A DNA stretch of 64,000 nucleotides from the NCBI GenBank assembly GCA_026936335.1, contig JAPMXV010000029.1, forward strand, positions 62,001 to 126,000, written 5' to 3'. Source of the DNA: Mantamonas sphyraenae STR306. Its lineage: Eukaryota; Protista; CRuMs. This document shows, in pieces, positions 58,625-64,000 of this stretch. The position numbers and the translations under genes were made by a program. Position 1 is the first letter of the stretch; each line of letters opens with the position of its first letter. Below the pieces are notes generated by a model. That model made no database searches and was not told where the DNA came from. It saw nothing but the letters and a program-made list of their open reading frames with translations.

Positions 58625-59233
58625 TCAGGACCAATCAAAACAGTTGTCATGGCCTTCCAACGATGCAACCCATGCCCCCTTGTTGGGTTCCACCCACTCC
58701 GAGTAATTCCCCTCACCGTTGGTGTTGCATGAACGGCACGTGGGGAGGATGAACTGAAGCCGATCTTTGTCTCCGGACTTTGCCTCGATGACGTACCGTT
58801 CGCTCTTCACGTACACATGTGCTCCGACCTGAGCCTCGTTGCCGCAGCCTTTGATTTGGCATTTGGATGGCCAGCTGAGTTCAACAATCTTGATCCAGTA
58901 CTGCTTCCAGTTCTTTTTGTGCATCGAGGACCCGTTGACGTGGGCAACAAGGTCTTCTTCATCCAGTTGCACCGGCACCTTTGCAGGCAATGCCTTGCCC
59001 TTGGGAATCTCAAAGATCTTTCGATTCCCACTTACGCTTGCGTACGCTTTGACGTACTCACTTGCGGAGCTGTTCGACGACAGGCTCAGCTCGCCGAGGG
59101 CAACTTCCAAAGACTCCACAGAGCCTCCTCCTTTGTTCTCGCAGTTGGTACATCCGCACGAGTTGCCACATACATCGCCATTGCGAACGCACGTGCAGCG
59201 TTTGTTCTTGCACCCGCTTTTGCAATTGCACAT
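58625..59233 (-). CDS. Tesmin/TSO1-like CXC domain + HNH/His-Me-finger-like domain protein (202 aa)
   Basis: MCNCKSGCKNKRCTCVRNGDVCGNSCGCTNCEN; WPSKCQIKGC...VGAHV...FILPTCRSCN. Confidence 0.7.
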   Translation of the reverse strand: MCNCKSGCKNKRCTCVRNGDVCGNSCGCTNCENKGGGSVESLEVALGELSLSSNSSASEYVKAYASVSGNRKIFEIPKGKALPAKVPVQLDEEDLVAHVNGSSMHKKNWKQYWIKIVELSWPSKCQIKGCGNEAQVGAHVYVKSERYVIEAKSGDKDRLQFILPTCRSCNTNGEGNYSEWVEPNKGAWVASLEGHDNCFDWS

Positions 59234-59542
59234 GGGTACAATCTGGACAAGGGTGGGCGCGTCTGGGCCTCGGGCAGTCGTCCATACACTCGTGCATTCT
59301 ATGCATCCCACACCATTCAAAGTGTCCATCTATGCACACATGGAACCCAATGGATGACCACATGGATGTGGTCTCGCCCTTCTCCTCCAGTGGTGTGTGC
59401 ACTTTCGCACAAGTTGGATCATGACATGAGCAAGAGAACGTGTGCCCATGGGTTGGGATGGGTTACAGAGAGTGGAGGGTGTTGGGGGCATGTGGGTGTG
59501 CATTGGGTGTGTGGGTGGGTGGGTGTGGGTGGCGGGCGCTGC

Positions 59543-59761
59543 TCATCGTCGCAGGTTGGGATGTCGGTCCTGGATGGTGCGCAGCATCTGCTCTACCCGA
59601 GGGTTGTGGGACGTGGATGGGTCATGGATGGCGTAGTTGACCCATCGTCGCTCACCGGGACTCAGGATGGTCCGCTGGTGGTTGTCGTCCTGCTGCCGGT
59701 AGTGAGCAGCCAATCCTCGCTGGTAGGCAGTGGATCCTCGCTGGTATGGGTTGCCGGACAT
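59543..59761 (-). CDS. 72-aa hypothetical microprotein, diverged copy
   Basis: MSGNPYQRGSTAYQRGLAAHYRQQDDNHQRTILSPGERRWVNYAIHDPSTSHNPRVEQMLRTIQDRHPNLRR*. Confidence 0.45.
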   Translation of the reverse strand: MSGNPYQRGSTAYQRGLAAHYRQQDDNHQRTILSPGERRWVNYAIHDPSTSHNPRVEQMLRTIQDRHPNLRR

Positions 59762-60233
59762 GGTGGGTGGTTGTCAGTTGGGTTGGCTGACTCTGTGCAC
59801 ATGGCAGCCGCACCCTGTCTTTTGTGATGGCCACTGCATGCAGTCAACTGCGTGCCGTCGTCGCCATCCAAGGGGGCGGTGGGTGGCCATTGCTGGGTTG
59901 GATGCTGATTTGGTTGCCACCCCCCATAGCCTCGAACAGGTGCCAATATGGCCATTGTCCATGTGTGTGTGTGTGTGGATGCTGTGCCCTGGGTGTGTCG
60001 AGGCAGTGGAACATGGAGTCGTGTGCCACAGACACCCGAGTGCTCAGAGGTAAAGTGATGTCTTTACCCTGCCATTTGGGACGCGTGTGTGTGGCGATTG
60101 GCCCAACCCCAGTTTTCCATCTCCACACACATGCCCATCCGTACCCATTGCAAGTGTCCAAATACACACCTCCTCCTCCTCCCTCTACCTCTCTGCATGA
60201 ATGTGTGTGTGTGTGCCATTCTCCTGCATTTCT

Positions 60234-61259
60234 TCACTTCCTCCCACTGCCCTCCCCATCGTCCTTGACCCTTCGCTGGCCAATCACCTTGCGCCTGCGT
60301 CGCTCGCGCACATGCACCTTGACCTCCCTGTCCTCCTGCACCATCTGCTCCACCACCATCGTGCTGATCCGCTTCAGATGCGTGCCCAGATCCTCTGCGT
60401 CCTTGCTGTGCCACATGCGTGTGTGTGTCCACGCCTTGCACATGCTGGCATACCTTGCCCCCGTCCTCCTGTCCAGCCCCACTCCCACAAAGTGCATGTG
60501 AAAGTTGCGGATGCCACTCGCCCCCAGCTTGGCTGTCACGTCCCTGGCCCCAGCCTGCACCGACGCCGTGTCCTCCCCATCGGTGATCACCACCAGGTTG
60601 GCGCCTGCACTCTTTCCTGCGTTGCTCCGTGTCTGCCACTGTGCCATGGCGTCCATCACCGTGTCCATGCCGTCGTACAGCGCCGTGTATCCGTCCGGCT
60701 GGAAGGCACTGCTGCCTGCCTGATCCCGCAACACCCTCGCCAGATCCTCGTCCGTCATCCGTGCCTGCAGCAACTGCTCCACCCCACTGCCATGGCTGCC
60801 ACACGCCTCCTCCAGCGTGCCCACCGCCTTGTCCAGATCCACCTTGGCTGCCTTGAGTGGCCCAAACACCCTCCTCACCTTGTCCGCAAAGGTGTACAGG
60901 CTCACCCGGTCGCAATCGCGCAGGGCACCCACAACGGCGCGGAACCCAGCGGCGGCTGCAGACATGCGATCGCCCTGCATGGACGTGCTCGTGTCGACCA
61001 GGAAGACCAGGTCAAACGGCGCCTTGGCCACTCGCTTCGTCTCCGTGGTGATCTTGCTGCATCGGTGGGTCATGCTCCTTCCTGGCTTTGCCTTGGTCGT
61101 CTTGGCGGCGGCGGCGGCGGTGTTGGGTGTGTTGGTGCTGGTGGTTGTGCAGTGGTGGTTGCGACACTGCTCGGGGCCAAATCGGCACCGTGTGCCCCAT
61201 GTGCAGTCCTGGGGCTTGTCCGTCTGTGTTCCGCATGTGTTGCATGTGCGTGTGCTCAT
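60234..61259 (-). CDS. von Willebrand factor A domain protein with N-terminal Cys/His zinc finger (341 aa)
   Basis: MSTRTCNTC...CTWGTRCRFGPEQCRNHHC; MIDAS motifs DLVFLVDTSTSMQG, GYTALYDG, LVVITDGED. Confidence 0.88.
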   Translation of the reverse strand: MSTRTCNTCGTQTDKPQDCTWGTRCRFGPEQCRNHHCTTTSTNTPNTAAAAAKTTKAKPGRSMTHRCSKITTETKRVAKAPFDLVFLVDTSTSMQGDRMSAAAAGFRAVVGALRDCDRVSLYTFADKVRRVFGPLKAAKVDLDKAVGTLEEACGSHGSGVEQLLQARMTDEDLARVLRDQAGSSAFQPDGYTALYDGMDTVMDAMAQWQTRSNAGKSAGANLVVITDGEDTASVQAGARDVTAKLGASGIRNFHMHFVGVGLDRRTGARYASMCKAWTHTRMWHSKDAEDLGTHLKRISTMVVEQMVQEDREVKVHVRERRRRKVIGQRRVKDDGEGSGRK

Positions 61260-61468
61260 GGTTGTGTGTGTGTGTGTGTTGGGTTGGGTTGGGTTGGGTT
61301 GGGTGGGTGGGGGCAGTGGGCGGTGGGCGGATTTTTGAACAGGGCCCCAGGAAATTCGGCAACTGCACACAAACACTGCACTCTCCGCAACTGCACACAC
61401 ACACTCACACTGCAAAGGGAAAAGCGACCAGGATGGCGATGCGATGTCCACACCAACTCAATCCCAGG

Positions 61469-62650
61469 ATGAGCACACGCACATGCAACACATGCGGAAC
61501 ACAGACGGACAAGCCGAAGAACTGCACCTGGGGCACACGGTGCCGATTTGGCGCCGGGGAGTGTCGCAACCACCACTGCACAACCACCAGCACCACAGAC
61601 ACAGACAAGGAGCAGACACAGCACAAGAGCAGCAGCAGCAGCAGCACCAGGAGGATGAGGGTGTGTGGGACATGCAGGGCAAAGACGACCAAGGACAAGA
61701 ACTGCACATGGGGCGAGAAGTGTCGGTACGGCCCAGAGCGATGCCGCGACCACCACTGCGTGACGCAGGTGCACATGGGACGGAGCACAGTGACACTGAG
61801 CACACGGGCAGGCAGCAAGACACAGGTGGAGATGAGCAAGAACAAGAACAGGAGCAAGAGCAAGAGCAAGGGAGGATGCAAGGCGTGTGGGGCCGAGGGA
61901 GTGCGTGTGTGCAAGCATGGGGCGGATTGCAAGCACGGAGACCAGTGCAAGTTCCACCACTGCTACCCTTGCGCTGTGTCCGAGGAGAGCAAGGAGCAGA
62001 GTGGGATGGCCTTTCTGGGCACCCGATGTGAGCACAGGATGTGTCTGGACTGTGCCAGGATGGACATTGCAGCGCAGGTGGAGTCGCGGATGATGCCTCT
62101 GCGCTGTCGCATGTGCTGGGCGGGTGGGAAGGGGCAGCAGAAGAAGAAGGAGGTGAGGGTGTCGACCAAGACGGCGATGAGGGTGCTGCAGAGCAAGCGG
62201 GACAAGGAGGCACTGGCCAAGCTGGCATGGGATGTGCGCACAGCCAAGTGGCATGCGTGTGTGACGCCAGACTGCGAGGGCAAGGTGGATCCTGCGGTGG
62301 CACGGAGACAGGGCAGCACACGATGCGAGTGTGAGCGATGTGGCAAGGCGTGGTGCCACGGGTGCAAGGTGCACTGGGATGACGACGGAAGGGGCAACCA
62401 TGACTGTCGCAAGTACCAGCAGTGGGCAAGGGACAACCGACGTGGGGATGAGCTGCTGGGGATGCTGTGGCGAGGCAGTGGGTGGAGGCAGTGTCCCACT
62501 TGTGGGCATGGGCTGGCCAAGGAGAGCGGATGCAACCATGTGGCGTGTGTGTGTGGCACCCATGTGTGCTACAAGTGTGGTATTGGCTTCACCAGAAGTG
62601 CGGCCACGTATGACCACATGCGGGAGGCACATGGTGGGCACAGCACATGA
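61469..62650 (+). CDS. RBR (RING1-IBR-RING2) E3 ubiquitin ligase with three N-terminal Cys/His zinc fingers (393 aa)
   Basis: CEHRMCLDC..PLRCRMC; WHACVTPDC..CERCGKAWCHGCKVHW..HDC; RQCPTCGHGLAKESGCNHVACVCGTHVCYKCG with the catalytic GCNH motif. Confidence 0.9.
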   Translation: MSTRTCNTCGTQTDKPKNCTWGTRCRFGAGECRNHHCTTTSTTDTDKEQTQHKSSSSSSTRRMRVCGTCRAKTTKDKNCTWGEKCRYGPERCRDHHCVTQVHMGRSTVTLSTRAGSKTQVEMSKNKNRSKSKSKGGCKACGAEGVRVCKHGADCKHGDQCKFHHCYPCAVSEESKEQSGMAFLGTRCEHRMCLDCARMDIAAQVESRMMPLRCRMCWAGGKGQQKKKEVRVSTKTAMRVLQSKRDKEALAKLAWDVRTAKWHACVTPDCEGKVDPAVARRQGSTRCECERCGKAWCHGCKVHWDDDGRGNHDCRKYQQWARDNRRGDELLGMLWRGSGWRQCPTCGHGLAKESGCNHVACVCGTHVCYKCGIGFTRSAATYDHMREAHGGHST

Positions 62651-63309
62651 CGCGGGGGGGGGGGGGGGGGAGGGGGGGCAATGAAGGTGTGAGGGTGACA
62701 CAAAACCATTTCAATCGTTGTTGTTGGCACAAAAGAGAAGGAGAGGGAGGGTGTTGCACAAGGGGGGAATGGGGTTGGATGGGAGTGGGGTCTTGTGTCA
62801 CAAGTGGATGACATGGATGCCCAGGATGATCTGTCTTGCAAGGTTGTGGATAAATAATGGAGGATTACATGGTGTGCTGTTGTCACTTCCCTCGTCCAGG
62901 GATGTGGCCCATGTGGGCATGGAACGCGGTTGTTGTCGAGTTTCAGCGGGCCTGTTCCCGATGCCGTCACTCCTCCGCTCTCGAGATGGGTGATTATGAG
63001 ATGCAGCAGGTGCAGTGTGGAGAGCAGGGGCCGTCGAATGGAACTGTCTGCTGCCATGCACCGACATGGCTTTTTGCTCGTTCAGCACGTGCCAGACCAC
63101 CTCAGACACCGTTGCAAGGCACCGTAAGCCACTCTTCCAACTCCCATGATCGTTCACATCGACATCTTGGATGGATTCAGTGCATGCGGAGCGGGCTCGT
63201 GGAGGAGAGCCGATGACGGGGTGTGGCAGGCATGGATTTGGTGAACATCAGGATTGTGCGTGCTTCATCATCAGAGACACAGTGATGGTACAGAATCCCT
63301 TCATTGGTC

Positions 63310-64000
63310 CTATGGTGTGGGCACAATGGTCATCTTGGAATTCCAGCAGCTGAAAGCAGGGTACCATGTGCCGTCAGCAATGTTGTCGATGGTGACGTCG
63401 ACATTGCCATTGCGGGAGAAGGTCAGTGTGTGGGCCGTGGTGTCCAGCTCCACCGTCACAATGTCGCCTTGTTTGAAGCGCGTGTTGATTCCGGTGTAAC
63501 TTCCATTTTGGTACAACCGTGCCGAACTGTACGAGTACCAGCTGTGGCTTCCCTGCTTGTCCCCTGTGAGCCATTTGGTGTCAGTACTCGGTGTATGGTG
63601 TCTCTGAGATGTGATGACTTACCAACAAAGGTGCTTCTGAGATCACAGGTGCTGTTGCAGATCCCGATCATGATATCGGACAATCGGTCCACTCGCACGC
63701 TCCATCGCTGTCCCGAGCGCAGCTTCTTCTTGCCAACCCATGTTGCCCATCTCCCTGCAGTCTCCTCCAGGCTGTCCTCTGTGAATGTTCCTCGGCTTTG
63801 GTCGACCCGGTCCCAATCAAGACACGGGCCTTTGAAGAAATCTCGTTTCTTGCTGTTGACTGGTTCCTGGCCCTTGCTCATGCGGTGCATATCTGCCATA
63901 CCATCCATCAACACCACCCAGTCCACATAACGCGTGACCCATTCTCCGTCCACCTTCATCCCGTACAGACGTTCCGGACTAAGCAACCCAAACCGCACAC
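63310..64000 (-). CDS. 3' part of a SPRY/B30.2-domain protein, probably BTB-BACK-SPRY; intron 63564-63622; starts beyond right edge
   Basis: VRFGLLSPERL (BACK-end-like); WSVRVD..IMIGIC..FVG|DKQGSHSW..FKQGDIVTVELDTTAHTLTFSRNG..WYPAFS. A g|gtaagt...ctcacag| intron joins the two ORFs. Confidence 0.8.

Overview
GC-rich, gene-dense eukaryotic (probably protist) DNA with short GT-AG introns. Two things stand out. (1) Two convergent giant genes (11362-23864 +, about 4140 aa after one intron and one homopolymer frameshift; 32568-41936/42176 -, about 3100-3200 aa) plus a relic of a third. They consist of 24 alternating ~190-aa A/B repeats with a near-invariant framework and three hypervariable patches, one on a single face of a helix-turn-helix-like helix. 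In each gene the arrays bracket a domain carrying all the acidic motifs of a FEN1/XPG-type (PIN-like) nuclease, with acidic and Pro/Gln-rich modules and bipartite NLSs; the first copy also has an N-terminal USP-like protease. The architecture suggests a natural, modular, TALEN-like nuclease (inference). (2) A candidate purine/urate catabolic gene cluster interrupted by the second giant gene: a multicopper oxidase-ABCG fusion head-to-head with a membrane-anchored 5-hydroxyisourate hydrolase, an SLC43-like transporter, an ER-retained 2OG-Fe(II) dioxygenase, a gustatory-receptor-like 7TM protein head-to-head with xanthine dehydrogenase, and an SLC26/SulP transporter. Also present: a secreted beta-propeller/IPT protein, an LRR-ankyrin-F-box-like gene with dispersed relics, an IS630/Tc1 DD34E transposase with a paired-like N-terminus, a Fanzor/TnpB remnant, two tandem-repeat arrays built from gene fragments, a CXC-HNH-like gene, a head-to-head vWA/RBR-E3 pair sharing an N-terminal zinc finger, and a partial SPRY gene. 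All domain calls are by-eye motif recognition; no database search was run.
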